Assembly: GCA_036172245.1 (NCBI GenBank)
Contig: JAYWIR010000010.1
Span: forward strand, 3,596,001 to 3,660,000
Direction: 5' to 3'
Length of the DNA: 64,000 nt
From: Raillietiella orientalis
Lineage: Eukaryota
Under the pieces are notes generated by a model, which worked only from the letters and a program-made list of their open reading frames with translations, was not told where the DNA came from and made no database searches. The position numbers and the translations under genes are program-made. The first letter of the stretch is position 1. Every line of letters starts with the position of its first letter. Positions 1-12,899 of this stretch are shown here, piece by piece.

Positions 1-399
1 ATAAGACAGCTGAAACAGAAGGCAATCTGCGAGATAATTTTGCACTTGCGTGATGTGTGCAGAAGATTAAAAATTGAACTCCGGAGAAAGCAAGCATCAC
101 CGCAAGATGGCTGCCACAGTTCCAGACTCTTCTATTCCATTTGCAACTTCTTAATATTAAAAAATGATCTACTCGGTATGGACACGCTCTGTGGACTCGA
201 GAGAATATTTCAAATGTTAGTGGAAAATGGTCATTTCGATTTAAAGAAGTACAAAATGCAACGGCACGAAACTTTCTACTGCTGGTGAACTTGGCCGACA
301 AAGCCAAGAGTTTGCCGCAGCTGCTCATAGGAAATCCTGTGACAAAGAAGCGTCTTGAGGATCGATATTTCTTTTCTCTGCTACATCTTCACGAATTTC

Positions 400-2050
400 G
401 GCGGCTAATTGAAGCCGATTCGGCGGGAGGAGACTGAATCATCGCGCGTAAGTTCGGAGGGGTGGCGCCTTGGCTGAGGCGATGAGAAAATTTGAAATTT
501 GAAACTGGAGTCGCAGCAGAGACAGGACATTTTTCTTTCAGCTCCGGCCGCTTCCAGTGAGAAAGCATGAATATAAGATCTCAGGAAAGAGCCAGGTCGC
601 GCGACGCCCTTAATGCATTTCCCCCAAAGAGTTCTGGAAAAGTTTTCGCGCAGCTGCGGCTCCCACTTGGATGGCGCAAGCCTGCTGACGACCTCGACGA
701 GTCCACAAAGAGTGTGCAGTTCCGACGTACGCCTTCTTCGCAAAAGACCATTGCGATTGGTTTCCGAATAGAACGAAATTCCTTTCTTTCTGGCTTCTCA
801 AACAGTCTGCCGGTCACTCAAGACGTGGGACATGTCAGGCACTCCAAGTGGAAAGCCCTTCCTCTTTTTGGGAAATCGGGTCGTAACCAGATACCTGCGC
901 AGCTGCTGAGTTGTCCAGGTGTCGATTAAGCGAGCTAAGTCTAGACGATGTATCAAAAGAACCGATCTTTGCGTCCTCGACGGAACGTCGTCCTGTTATC
1001 TGCTTCATCCGTTGGTGATTGAACGCTCTCTTGTTAAGCATCGTGGATTCAGTCTACTCCCTATAACGAACAGAAATACCGCGGCCATCGAGGTCCAATT
1101 TACCCTCGAAGCTCGTGTGCCAGACACTGGAGGTGGTTTTTCAGCAGCTCGGAATCATTCTTCTAAGTTCTCCCATCTACGAAACAAGTTCCGAGTCCTT
1201 ATGCAGCATTCAGATGCAATTTCCGGGTTCATTTCCAGGTTCAATTTCCGGTGCTTCTCGTTGGTAATTTCTTGGAGTTTTCTGCAGTTCTCATGGAAAA
1301 CGCAAATGCCTCGCTCTTGTTCCCGTGCGCTTGAGATACTGCGACGAATGAAGAGGTGCAGTGGTTACAAGATGGAATCCAAGAGTCTATAGCAATCTGA
1401 CTTTGTGGTCTGTGTTATCCGAAGCCGTCATCCGGCATATTGCACTCAGTTTACAGACTAAAGGAATCCACTCTTGATGGAGTCAAGAGGGAATCCCTTC
1501 CTCTTAACTGGAAACGCTTCAGAAAATCTGAAAAAATGGAAGTGGAAGGGGAAACATGAGATTACGTTTGAGAAAGTGAGAACATTTCTTCATTAGTAGC
1601 ACTTCTTGCACTCTCTGGATGCAATATGCCACCAAGCATGGCGCGTGTTGAACTTTGAAGCACTTGGACATCGAATAGACAGATGAATCCAAAAGATTTT
1701 GATTTAGAAAAAGAAAATGTTCGTGCTCTTTATTCATGAATACGCTTCTGTTCACAGTTTCCAGTTTTGTCACGACAGTTCAGCAAAGATTCTGTCGCTT
1801 TTGGTCTGCTGCCTTGCCATTTTCCCTACGCGACCTTCAGGTTAGACTCCCAGGAATGCTCTTCAGTTTTTGCTCTTCTCTTTCTCTCGATTTTTCAACT
1901 CTTCCCAAGTTGCGATCAGTAAATATCCTGCATCTCCCCATACTACCTGGCAAAATTTGGAATCTAGTATAGAAAAAGATTTCACATCAAATGCCCTCAA
2001 TCTTCATGCTCCACATCCGGTGTTTACAAATGGATGACCGGATGCTTACT
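400..2050 (-). pseudogene. Highly degenerate non-LTR retrotransposon RT remnant
   Basis: Minus-strand motifs in RT order across frameshifts: 'SMSKCFKVQH' (DxxKAFDxVxH-like, ~1650-1675), 'SEAFPVKR' (~1505-1525), and tatgcc(g)gatgac = YADD with a 1-nt insertion (~1427-1439). Boundaries approximate. Confidence 0.4.
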
Positions 2051-4929
2051 GTTAATTCCATCTGAGAGCCACTTAAGAATTGATGAACCGCCAGTTTGTC
2101 GAATTACGGATGCACGCAAACATAGATCCAGCAGCCAGAGTATTCCTCGAATACGTGAAGTGTGTGTGTTGCATGTGCGCCGCATGAAATGACATTATCT
2201 GGGGTGCCTTATTGATCTCACATAGCATTGATCTGTCAGAAAAAACGAGTTTTTCCACTCGGCATCTGCAGTTTTGGCATCTTATAACTTGAAAGGGTAG
2301 TCTCGATGAACTGTATCTTCGAAAAAAAAAAAAAAATTTCCATTCTCCCAAGAGTGCAGACTCTTGGAGACATTGACGATCGGATCATGCAAGTTTGAAA
2401 CAGCTCAGACCTCGACTCGAGTTTCACGTTTTGACCGAAAGACAGCGGTGAAACTGGGTGCATGAGTAGTCGTCACCTCTGGCTCGAGGGTGGCGGGCAA
2501 TCTTGGGGCCCGTTGCGACGGGGAGATTGACCGCCGCTGGTACCGAGGGCGTACGGTGCGGTCAGATGGAAGCCATTTCGCCACCAAAGAGATCCCGTTC
2601 AAGAACGGGTCCAAGAGAAACGCGAGGTCCTCCTTTCTCAGGAAGCGGCGACCCTCGATTCCCAATTCCCATTTGGTGCACATCAGAGTGAACAGAATTT
2701 TCCGATTCGTGCATAGTTCCAGCTGCATCGACGGCTTTCGAAAAAGCGTACTCCCACGCACTACAGACGGCGATGCCTCTCTCTACGATGCAAGCAAAAA
2801 ATGGATCAAAGAATGGTATGTGCACGTGATCGCGCACATGTGTTTCGAAAAAAAAAAAGAAACAAAAAACCAGATGCAGACCTATTTGAAGATGATTGGG
2901 TTTGTGTGCTTAAGATGGCGATTCGTTTCGTTTCGTTCCATTCCCACAGGCGATTCGTGCAAAAGGACACGGGGATAACGAGTACTCCTAACGGTTGTTT
3001 ACGGGCTGGCAGCGAGTCATCACCGTATCCGTTGGTGCATCGGATCGGGAAGATGCGGCAGATGCAAAAAGCATCACGTTCTAATGACGCGTCGCGATTC
3101 TAAAGTTTTGCCAGCGAGCGCTTCTAAATTTTCTGCGGGAAGCTGCTGGGGCCAGGAAAACGTTTACTATTACCTTGGGGAATCTTCTGGGAGGGAAGTG
3201 GGAAGATGAAAATAATTGCAATGGCGCCAAGTGGAAAAACTGTGTTGTTCCTAATTAATGGGTATGACGTCAGAAGACGGGCTTCGAGGTTTTCATATTG
3301 CGATTACGAAGTCGGCAAGCTGACGCACTTTATATTCATGCACGTTGCTTGTTTTTGTGAAGGGTATCAAATTGCAGGCCCGTTGGGACAAGGACTGCTT
3401 TAGGATCTCATCGAATGGAGTTGTTCCATCGATGTCCCACCGCTCCACTGAGGCGTCTCGAGACAAGCCGATTCATTTGAGTTTCGCCTCCCCGAATCGG
3501 AGTACTGTGTGTTTCATGTTAACATTTGTTTCCAAGTAACCCCACAGAGCATCACAGGGAGGCGCTGAACGCATTCCCTATTAGTCTCGAGGCTTCTGCT
3601 CGCAGCGGCAGCAGTGCTTTGAATGCGTACCAAAAGCCGCCCGTCCGAAAATGATTTCCCACTCGTTTCGAGTAGACTTGTCAAGAAGAGCGTGCACTAC
3701 AAAATTCACTTTCCCGCTCGTCCCTCGGATAAAAGTCGCAAGCGCTGGGAACTGGAAGCAGACGAGCGATCTGTCATCTCTCTTTGTTGATCGAACATCA
3801 TCAACATGCACTGACTCATGATATGCGGTTCCCACGGTGCTTGTGCGAAAAACCAACGCAGTGCTCTTACCACGTGCTGTTCTCAAAGGCAACATCGTAT
3901 ATGTCGGCTACTACGTGTTTTTGGTTCTCTTCCTTTTTCCAGCTTCTCAAAGCATTCCGGGGCTCGATCTGAATGAAGAAACGTGCGTACCGAGTCTCTC
4001 CTCATTGACGGTTTTTTTTTTTTTTTTTAAACGAAGGATACCAATCCTAAGCAAGCTTACTCGTTTTTTCTCTGTCCTGTCTCTGCTAATTCCACAGCAT
4101 TGGAATACGGACCTTTGACACAAACCCAGAAGTGCTCTCAAGCATGCCGACAAGTCAGCAAGCACCCAGGAGTGCTCTCAGAGCATCTCCAGGAATTCCT
4201 CTGAGGTCATCTGGTTTCTAGCTGAGATACGTGTATGCTGACGCCTTCCTTTCCCGTCGTTTACGTTGCTGCAAGACGCTCTTGCTTCGGAACAGTTCAC
4301 AAGTGTTGATGCATCCACGCAGCTACAAAAGTACAGAGGTCCATGGAAGAGCCAAAGGAATGGACTGGAAACATTTCCGTTCCAGTGCTTTGCTGACATT
4401 TTTGTGCGCGTTTTCTTCTTTTGCCGGCGTGAGCTACAAGAAAAGGGTTCGCATGCGGAGCGGTGGGGTGCAGTAACCAAGACTACAAGCCCACGACTCC
4501 GAAACGTCCACCCGAATAGTTCTCCACCTTCTCTTCGTCCTCTTGATCGAACTGACCGGGTTTCAGGTATAGTGGATGCTGCTGTTTTGGACCTTTTGCT
4601 GCCGGCATGCGTGAAACAGGAAGCACTTCTTATTTGGTGCCAGTCTTGTTTTTTCGGCAGGATTGCCTCGACACAACACTCGGATCACGAGGACGAGGTC
4701 AAGTGATCATGAGAAGAAAGAGTCGGCATTGTATTGCTATCACAGGAGGAATCACGTTTTCCCTCTGCTGTGTTTTCGCGTCCGTGGGAAACAAGGAACA
4801 ACCTCAGTGCACACAAGCTGCTGCCTGAAGAGTGCTCTGCATAGTACTCGCTCCGTTCCGAAATTGGCTGCAGATTCGACCGGAGGCCTGGTTCCGTAGA
4901 TCTTAGGAAGAGTGCAACAACGCTTTCAC

Positions 4930-5290
4930 CAGCTGCGAGAAAGGACGGTGGGTTTCCTGGCTTCAGTGATCTTCGGCGTTCCTATCGCTCTCTCGGCAGC
5001 CATCCAGCGAAACACCCCTATCAAGGGAAAAATCCCTGAACCGTGACGGGAGGCATCGTTCTTCGGGGATCGACGGTCAGGCGCCTCCGATTCTGCAGAT
5101 TCATCCATCCTGCAACGCAAACTCGATCTTCTGCCCACGTGAGGGCGTAACTCCCACCGGGGATGGTGCCGATCGTTTGTGCAGAAGGGTCTGCGAAGAC
5201 TCGAAGGTCACATCCTCGTAGGTAACAATCGGACCGTTTTCACAAAAAAGCATAACGAGCTGGTAGCAGAGGTCAGGCGGGCTACCGGGA
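4930..5290 (+). mobile_element. Degenerate R2/NeSL-type (REL) non-LTR fragment, Zn-knuckle region
   Basis: Translation 'RKLDLLPT*GR...GHILVGNNRTVFTKKHNELVAEV' resembles the LPT...HIL...RHN motifs preceding the REL endonuclease. Confidence 0.4.
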
Positions 5291-5859
5291 ACTGGTGGCC
5301 CTCGGTCAGTTTTTTGTCCCTATGAATACTCACAAAAGGCAATTCCCGATACTTCGTGCGACTGTGGACACAACATCAACAGATTTGTCCCGAAACAGCA
5401 TATTGGAATTGTTAAACATTCCTCCTTTCAACGATAGAATCACCGCTCCCTATTCCCTACGTCTCTTTAGACCAGTCTCTCTCCCCTCTCGCTGCGTACC
5501 TTCCTGATATTCCCGATGTCTCCGCGGATGGTTTCTCCTCTTCCTCCTCTTCTTCCTGGTAGCTGCTGTTCTTCCCAACTTCCTCTGATGGGAAGTCTGC
5601 ACCCATAGGTTCCTCAGACAAAACGGCTGCAGACGGGAGATGGAGATCCTGGGTGAGGTCTCTGAGGACTTCCTCCGCATTCTGGTCGGAGTCAACCAAG
5701 GTTTTGTAGCGGGTCCCTGGTATGATTGGGTCGGCCTTCACTCTGAAATGAACTGAGAATGCTGAAAAGGGCAGAAGATACTCTCGGAAGAGACACGGTA
5801 AAATTGGGGGAAAGCCCGATGAGTGAGATTGGTTCCCCGCTTCGTCCCGAAAAGGGTGT

Positions 5860-6045
5860 CCACGACCTTGAGAGCGATCCTAGTAGAATCTCTAAGACCA
5901 TGGAATCCTGCAAGTGAAGAAGCGTCGAGGCAGCTGAAAATTCCGAAAAAGCAGGTGGAGCGCATCAGAAAGGAAATGATGTGCTCGGACTTTCAGTACC
6001 CTGGGGTGTTTATTGAATACGTTGGACAGTTCACCGTCCATACCT
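5860..6045 (+). mobile_element. C-terminal fragment of NeSL/Utopia-like non-LTR ORF
   Basis: 'AILVESLRPWNPASEEASRQLKIPKKQVERIRKEMMCSDFQY' matches the IVGSLGxWDPxNE...LRKxMxSD tail of NeSL-clade proteins and resembles the copy at 7090-7670. Confidence 0.5.
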
Positions 6046-6611
6046 AAGGAACAATGAAGAATCACAAGCATGTCAGCAAGAGTGCAAGAGAACAGAGAGA
6101 CCGATGGAAATAGCCTCATTTCTCGTTTGCCCCAACAGTAAAAATCTCAAGTCCGAGGTTTGCTCTTTCGATGATCACATTTGGAAGGTGAAATCTTCCG
6201 ATCCTACTGAGCGCACCCTTGGCATCGAGTTGGTACGACAAAACGGCTGTAACGGAACATCCTGTGCGATCCTTGCTGCCACGACGTGCTGCAAGGGACA
6301 GTCGGTCAGAGTTGCTGGAGGTCGGGAAGGATGGGAACTCCTTGCGTGTATTTCTGGAACTGCAGCTCGCTTCGTTCCGGCTGGGGAGCACCTGAGACTT
6401 GCGCTGCAGCTCTCGGGATGACAAGCCAGGAGACCTGCTGCGGTGGCTGCCCTCACGCCTCACACATGGCGATTCTGCTTCCTTTTATCGGAAACAAGCG
6501 CTCCGATGCAAACCGGGTAGCAAAAGGCTTGGAGAAGAGGGAGGTGGGCTGGACCCACCCATGATTAGAACGGGTCCCCTTGTACTGCTTCCCTCCAAGA
6601 GACACAAGCCA

Positions 6612-7012
6612 TTAAACATCATCATAAAATGAAATCTATCAATAATTTCATAATCAAACCCCAATAAACTCCAAATAAACATCAACCCAAACTTCCAAAC
6701 TAATAAACCATCCCTTCTCCAATCACATCCTCGAACACACATTGAAGTAAAATATATAACTATCAAACTTACTCTCCAAATAAATCCACAAACCTCATAC
6801 TGAATACTACTATAACATAAAATTTTTCTAATCCATTAACATTCCCTTAACATTATACTCCATTCACATCCCATTACTCATTAAATTAACCCATTCCCTA
6901 ACAATTAAATTATTACTTCATAAAAATTAAAAAATTTTCTATAAATCACCTACCAAACAAATCATCTCGTAACCCCACCATAACCAACCTATACTAAACC
7001 TCTTCCCCATAA
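6612..7012 (-). pseudogene. Probable NUMT (mitochondrial-like insert, possibly nad4L/nad4 junction)
   Basis: Abrupt ~400-bp block almost devoid of G on the + strand. With the invertebrate mitochondrial code the minus strand gives hydrophobic text including 'GCDWSSDGLLV' (nad4 N-terminal GCDxxSxGL-like) and 'LVMVGLRDDLFGS' (nad4L end-like). Confidence 0.5.
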
Positions 7013-7089
7013 TTCTTCGAGATGCCACTCTGCACTCAGCAGTGGAACACTGGACACTTCTTTTGCCGTAAGAATCAGAATGGTGAGGG

Positions 7090-7670
7090 GTAGTTGCGGC
7101 AGCATTCTAGTGAGTTTAATGTTGAGAACATCGATGGCTAGTTGCAGGGAAGAACGCATACGTCGGAGTTGCTGGACGGAAGACCATACGTTGTCCCACA
7201 TACTGAGCAGATGCAAGAGACGCATTCCTCTGTCCATGACACGTCACTACGCGATTCTAGAGATGATCAGAAAGGTAACAGTGGATGAAGCGAAGTGGAC
7301 CCTTGTGTTTAGCAACAAGAGAGTTCCAAGAACAACAATTTTACCCCTAAAACCGGATCTGATAATGGAAAGGAAATCGGGTATGTGTGCTAGATGTCTA
7401 CTGCCCATACAAAAATGGAAGAGAGGAGTTCAGAACAGCCAGGAAAAACAAGGAAGGAAAATACAAGGACATAGCCTTACAGCTGGGGAAGGGGGTAAAG
7501 CGATGCAAGGTAGGGCATCGTTGGGTTTCTAGGAGCACGGGATCCAGGAAATGAGGAAGTTCCGCAAGATCTAGCAATCCAAAGAAGAAGCTGGTAGAAC
7601 TGAGGCACCAGATGGTGGCTTCGTGTATCCGGTACTCAAGTGATATCTATGCAACCCACGTCGTACGGAA
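7090..7670 (+). mobile_element. 3' fragment of NeSL/Utopia-like non-LTR retrotransposon (Zn knuckle + REL endonuclease), frameshifted
   Basis: 'RRSCWTEDHTLSHILSRC..RHYAIL..LKPDLI', then after a frameshift 'DVYCPYKNG..ARKNKEGKY' and 'LRHQMVASCIRYSSDIYATHV': the PD..D..K REL signature and NeSL-like tail. Confidence 0.75.
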
Positions 7671-7789
7671 AAAAGACAACCAGATGGAGAACTCCAACAA
7701 TCTGCTCTGACCACACGAAAGCCAGGAAGCGGAAGAAGCACCACGAAGAGGGGCGGCGAGCGCCTCAAGTGAACAGCGGAGGAAATGGC

Positions 7790-8180
7790 AAAGAATTCCA
7801 TAACTCCCTGTAACCGGTTCTATAACTGCACACATGAGCAATAAAATCGTCTTTTCGTTCATATCTTCCTAGAATAATGGATATGTGTGGAAATGTGGAG
7901 AGGGGAAAGACGAGAGAGTCTAAGGATGTATTGTGTTCCAAAATCTGAATATGTCTGGGTAATCTTAGTAGCTCCGTATGCTGGAAAGTGTTGCGAGAAG
8001 AAGGCTGCATTTATTGAGATGAATATAGAAAAGAGCTGGATATTGAGCAATGGACAATTGAGAGAAAGCCCTGCCATTAAGGCATATCGGCGGATGAACT
8101 CGGAAATAATGAAAGATACAGCGTCCATGGGTAGGATGTCATGGAAGCGTGCCGTGACCTTGTACGTGCGGCTGAGCATC
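7790..8180 (-). mobile_element. Retroviral-type (gypsy-like) integrase core remnant
   Basis: 'AAFFSQHFPAYGATKITQTYSDFGTQY' resembles the YGxPxxIxSDxGxQF integrase motif, followed by 'SYRTGYRE'. Confidence 0.4.
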
Positions 8181-8785
8181 CTAGAGGATCTAAGAGCAGG
8201 TGGATGTTTGAAGATCGGAAAGCTTGATCAGAGAATTCACTTTCGGTAGACGCATGGGTCGCAGATTCATCGCTGGTGTTCTGATGCTACTCCTCCATGG
8301 AAAAACTTCCGAAACAGGAGAAAACCCACGTGCCACGTCGGACAGCTTCGTGTCATCACTTCCTGGCTGCTGAAGACACCTGTGGCTCTCCGACGGCCGC
8401 TTCACGCACGCCACTCGATTCGACCTGCCCAAGAACTTGCAGGAGGTTCTCGATACGGGAGGAGTCCTTGACGCGCATTCCAAACCTCTGCGCCCGGAAT
8501 CTCTTTCTCTACCTTCCTCACCATAATCCGGCCGTCCTCATCGAGAAAAGAAAAGTAGGAGCCGGCGGCCGCCGATCGGCCGATGCCGGTAGGCGACTTG
8601 AAACTCCATGAGAACGCAGGTGCTCCGCAACCGGGGCCGAGTGAACACACTCGACGTTGGGCGGGCGTGTGAAAAGGGTGGAGTAGGCAGGAGACCGAGT
8701 ACGGGAAACTTTGCGTCCTCTTCTCGGCTCCGATGAGAGCGCTTGCTGAAGAGTGGAATCCCTGGTAGCTTGGGATCTCACATTA

Positions 8786-10950
8786 TCACCCGGATGCGCC
8801 AAGGAGTTTATTATATGAAATAAACATACAATGTGTAGGGTCATGAACCCTACATTGTCCGAAAATTCTCGGAACCTGCCGAGTAACCGGCACACAGGCC
8901 AGCCAGGTTGACCTCGGCAGCGGAGGAGGGGAAGGGGCAAATAAAAAATAAACAAAATAAAAAAAAAAGTATATACAACAGTTAAGAGGGTTAAGGAAAG
9001 GATTTCCGGGTGCTGGAGGGCGTCATTTGCATCTTTTCCAGGATGCCGGCAAGTTCATTCTGAGTATGTCCCAGGTGGACTTATCTAGCTGCTGTCCTCA
9101 TGGAGCTCAGGGTGAAACAGATGGAGTCCCTATCGTGCCGTCCTCCTCTCGCGTAGCTCCAGGCCGCCACAATCCCATGTAGGCTGCAAAGAGCTGCTAG
9201 GGATACTCCAGGCAAAAGGGCATCGCGCACGAAGAGGCGTTTCAACACGTTCCTGGGATTGTTCTTTGATGCCCTAAGAGCCGTTGCGTAACGCCACCAC
9301 AGGGGCTGGAGGGCAACACAGTCTACAAGCAGGTGCGGGAGGGATCCCGTTGCCCCGCACCTGCAAAAGTTGGGGTTCACAGCACCCCGGGTCCAGTGAG
9401 ATCGGAAGGCATTGCACGGGATACCCCAGTCCAACAGCAGGAGTGCCGACTCCTGCCACCTCAGAGGGAGGGCCCGATTGTTCTTCAGCTCTGGAGGACA
9501 CTGGAGGTCTTCCTGCGGGATTTCCAGTAGCTCAACTCAGCTCAACTCAACTTAGTCCTTTCGGTGGGGCAGTTGGGGTCTCAGCATCCGTTAGCTGGCC
9601 CGTGGTCCAACCACTAATTCCTTTAGTCTTCCACCGATCTCACATCGGACCTCCCATTTGGCCTACTGATTACTTTCCAGGCGCTTCCTGAGGAAGGGCA
9701 GTTCCGTGACTAGGGAGGTCTTTTCTGCCCACGCATGCGTGGTAGGCTGCACGATGACGTTCTTCAGGGAGCGGTTGTTGTAAAAGCAGTATAGCAGTCG
9801 CTACCTCATCTCCAGGCTCGCTTCGTTCTTCTGAGCCCATATGCAAACGGTTTTCTGCAGCCAGGCACTACCGTTCGCGGGCCGATAGAAGATCCAGCTG
9901 TTCGCTTTGGTCAGCTTAGCCACTTGCCGAAGCTCCAGTCCGTAACGGGGCGCGCTGCATTGGTGCCGGCGCGCCAGGAACAAAGACAGTCCCGCGTGGC
10001 TGGTGGTCCGCTTGACCAGGTATCAAGACAGAGGATGGTGGTTCACCAGGATCACACCTTGGGTGTGAACAACTGTCGGAGAGCCTTTGGCAGGATAACA
10101 AAGCGGTGGTGGGAATTGCGGAGTTTCTGCTGGAGTGTAAACGATACCTGCCAAAATTGTTTGGACGGCTCGTGAGTCGCAACGAACGAAGCCGCCCACT
10201 TAAAGGGACGTGGAGGCATCTTCCCGGCAATGGATGCTCCTTGAACGAATCTTCACTCGAAGCAGTGTGTCAATGAATGCGTTCTCTAGAGACTTCAAGC
10301 AAGAGGCGCAGTAAAGGAGACAAAGCTATGACAGCTTTAAGTCATATCTTTACTGATTTCAGACAGAGACCGAAGGGTTGTCGACGGGTTGGCGACACTG
10401 GTTTAATCGGGTTCGTCAAAGATACATCCATATGGTTCGCTAGGATGAAACCTCTATGGGAGACACCGCCGACATCTTACCATCAACCGCTGCGCTATTG
10501 TTGTACAACATTCATGCAAGTGATTCGATAAGTTGAACCATTTTGTCATCAATGGAATATATCAAAGGAATACAAGGATGGTGGGCGAGAAGAAGGTGAT
10601 GTTTAGTGACATCATAGATCTGAGCCAACGCCTGAAAGGCTCTAAAGCGAGGGAAGTCTAAGACTTCCCTCGAGCTTAGCTGGAAAGAGTTATCTGGAAG
10701 GATGGGACTATCACGGAGTCGTAGTTGTTTCGACAGATAGCAGCGACAAATCATCAGATCCAGAAGCTGAAGAGTCCAATGATGGTGACTCCAAACTTAT
10801 TAGGACCAGCAGCGTAGCCAGAGAATCGTCGAAGTGTGATGATCGAAAGCGCTACAAAGCTGCAGTCAAGATGCTTTGTAGAATATCTCCGTTGAGTCCT
10901 TCGATGGTTAAGCCGGAGATGAAACTGATGGTTCAGGCGAGCGCTGTATT
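8786..10950 (-). mobile_element. Old, 5'-truncated L1/Tx1-clade LINE copy
   Basis: Collinear with ORF2 of the 53811-57913 copy: 'GSDDLSLL' (YADD), 'KAVIALSP', 'WIFYRPANGSAWLQ', Zn finger 'FCRCGATGSLPHLLVDC'. Ends in the shared AATAAA + stem-loop + TGA motif at 8786-8812. 5' boundary approximate. Confidence 0.75.
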
Positions 10951-12899
10951 GAGGAAGAAGAGTCCCGATCCGGGTAGTGTGCCTAGTCGCCTGAAGATTT
11001 CCGTTCCTCTTACGGATGGAGACGACTCTGGCATCTGAGGCGACGTAGCTTCAATTCCGTCACCATCATTCCTATTTCTATTGCTATTCTGTCCTGAATC
11101 TAGTAATTGCAATAATTAACCCCTTCAGACAGACACCTAGCTCCACTTCGAGTCGTTCCCTTCCAAAACCACTTCCAGCTTGCCCAATCTTGCGTAGGTA
11201 GATATGAGATTTTGACTTGGATTGCGTGTCCAGTGTTCCGCTAGCATTTCTCTTCTCACCTCTGTTGGTGCAGAAACGTGTGAAGTGCTGCAAAAATTCT
11301 GCTGTCGGAATTCCCCTTGACAGTGAGGGTTCGTACTTTTTCTCAGCTTGCCTGTCTAGGAAACACACTCTGTTCCTGCGGTGTGACAAAGAGCATGGAG
11401 TCCAGAGGAACTGATCACAGAATTGTCTCTTTGAATTGTCCTCTGTGAGCCGCGTTTCAGGGAAGGATCCGTCCGTGAACTCTAACCCCGGGATTCAACT
11501 CATTTCCTGTTTGTCAAAGAAAAACAAAGCCTTTTCCTATCGAAGCTTTCCTGGTCTTCCCCGAGAGGCTCGGACATTTCTTTGCAATTCGCTGCTTGCT
11601 GGGTGAAGAACAACAGGTTCCTCCGTTAAGGTTCAAGAGTGCTCACTGCCTCTTCTTCGCGGCCTCCACGAGGAATTGTGGAATCACCGAGTCGCCCTTG
11701 CTCACCATCACATTTTCCAGCAGTGCCACAGGGAGTTACAGGATCCTCAAACCACTCCTCGAAGGCAGACTTTGGTGGCCAGGAGCTCTCGGGATCTCCT
11801 TCTTTGTGCCGTTCTGGATTCGAGAGGACTTGTGAACCGGAAGTGAATCACTCTTTCAGATCCTGGGAGAGGACCCCCGTGGTGAAAATTACACTCCCGA
11901 ACTGTTTCGTTAATTCTTCGCTCTGCTTTCGTTGCTGTGGTTTCATTGCTCTTCCCTATTTCTTCTTTTTTTTTTTTTTTTTAACAATTCTATTTTATTT
12001 TATTTTTCAGGACTCGAGTGGAGATTCGGAAACGAAATTGTCCCTCACAGTCAGCACTCATAGTCCCTCGTATGCCTTACCAAAAAACAGCCAAGGACTC
12101 ACGATATCTGCGTGTCTCCACCACCGGGTTCAACAAACTGGAACATGCTCGCCTGTGATCCCTGTTCATCTCCTTTTGCTTCCCGTGGGCAAACCGAGGT
12201 GCAGGGAGTCGGTGCAGAAGAACTTCTAGCATCAGGTTCTGAGCGATTTTCCCCTCCCCTTACCCGCTTCCATCATCAATAAGTTGCATCGATTTCAAGA
12301 TTGCAACAAGCTGTATTGATCCCAGGATCAAGATGGCATCCCTTCAGCTTTCAGAGAGAGTGCTGCTGCCCACGAGAGAATGATGAGCTTCGTCGACTGT
12401 CCTTGCGAATGCGCGTCCTCGTGCTAGGAAACTTCGCAGGCTCCAGAGCAGGGCACAATGACACGATCGCTTCTTTGTTTTCTTTCTCGCTGGTCCCTCC
12501 GCTCCGCGGAGACGTGTTGCGCGCGAAACTTTAGATGGGACCGACCAAGGCTCTTTCCAGAGAGCGAACCCGATGTTCGGCCTTTTCCGACCGACGAGTG
12601 GGTGCTTCGCCAGTTTCTTCGAGCAAGAGCCTCAGGCGTACGGGTTGATGCGAATACTCGCCTAAACTCTCAGAAACCTTCTCGGACCGGTAGCGCGGTC
12701 CTCTCGAAAGACAATGGCAGCAGGAAGCTGTCCAGACAGAAAATGATCCGGTTTCCAGGAAATCTACATGTTTGAACAGAAGATAGGTATAGGTCGATTG
12801 CATTCTGGAGTGCAGCTGCCACAATTGTTCCACGAGCACTCTACATTGAGGACCGGTGCATCAGATTTTCGCCTGAGCTGCTCCCTTTTCTTCTCCTCC

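Noticed and set aside
2405..4118. Medium-length ORFs as host exons
   Set aside because: No recognisable domain and no consistent splice chain found.
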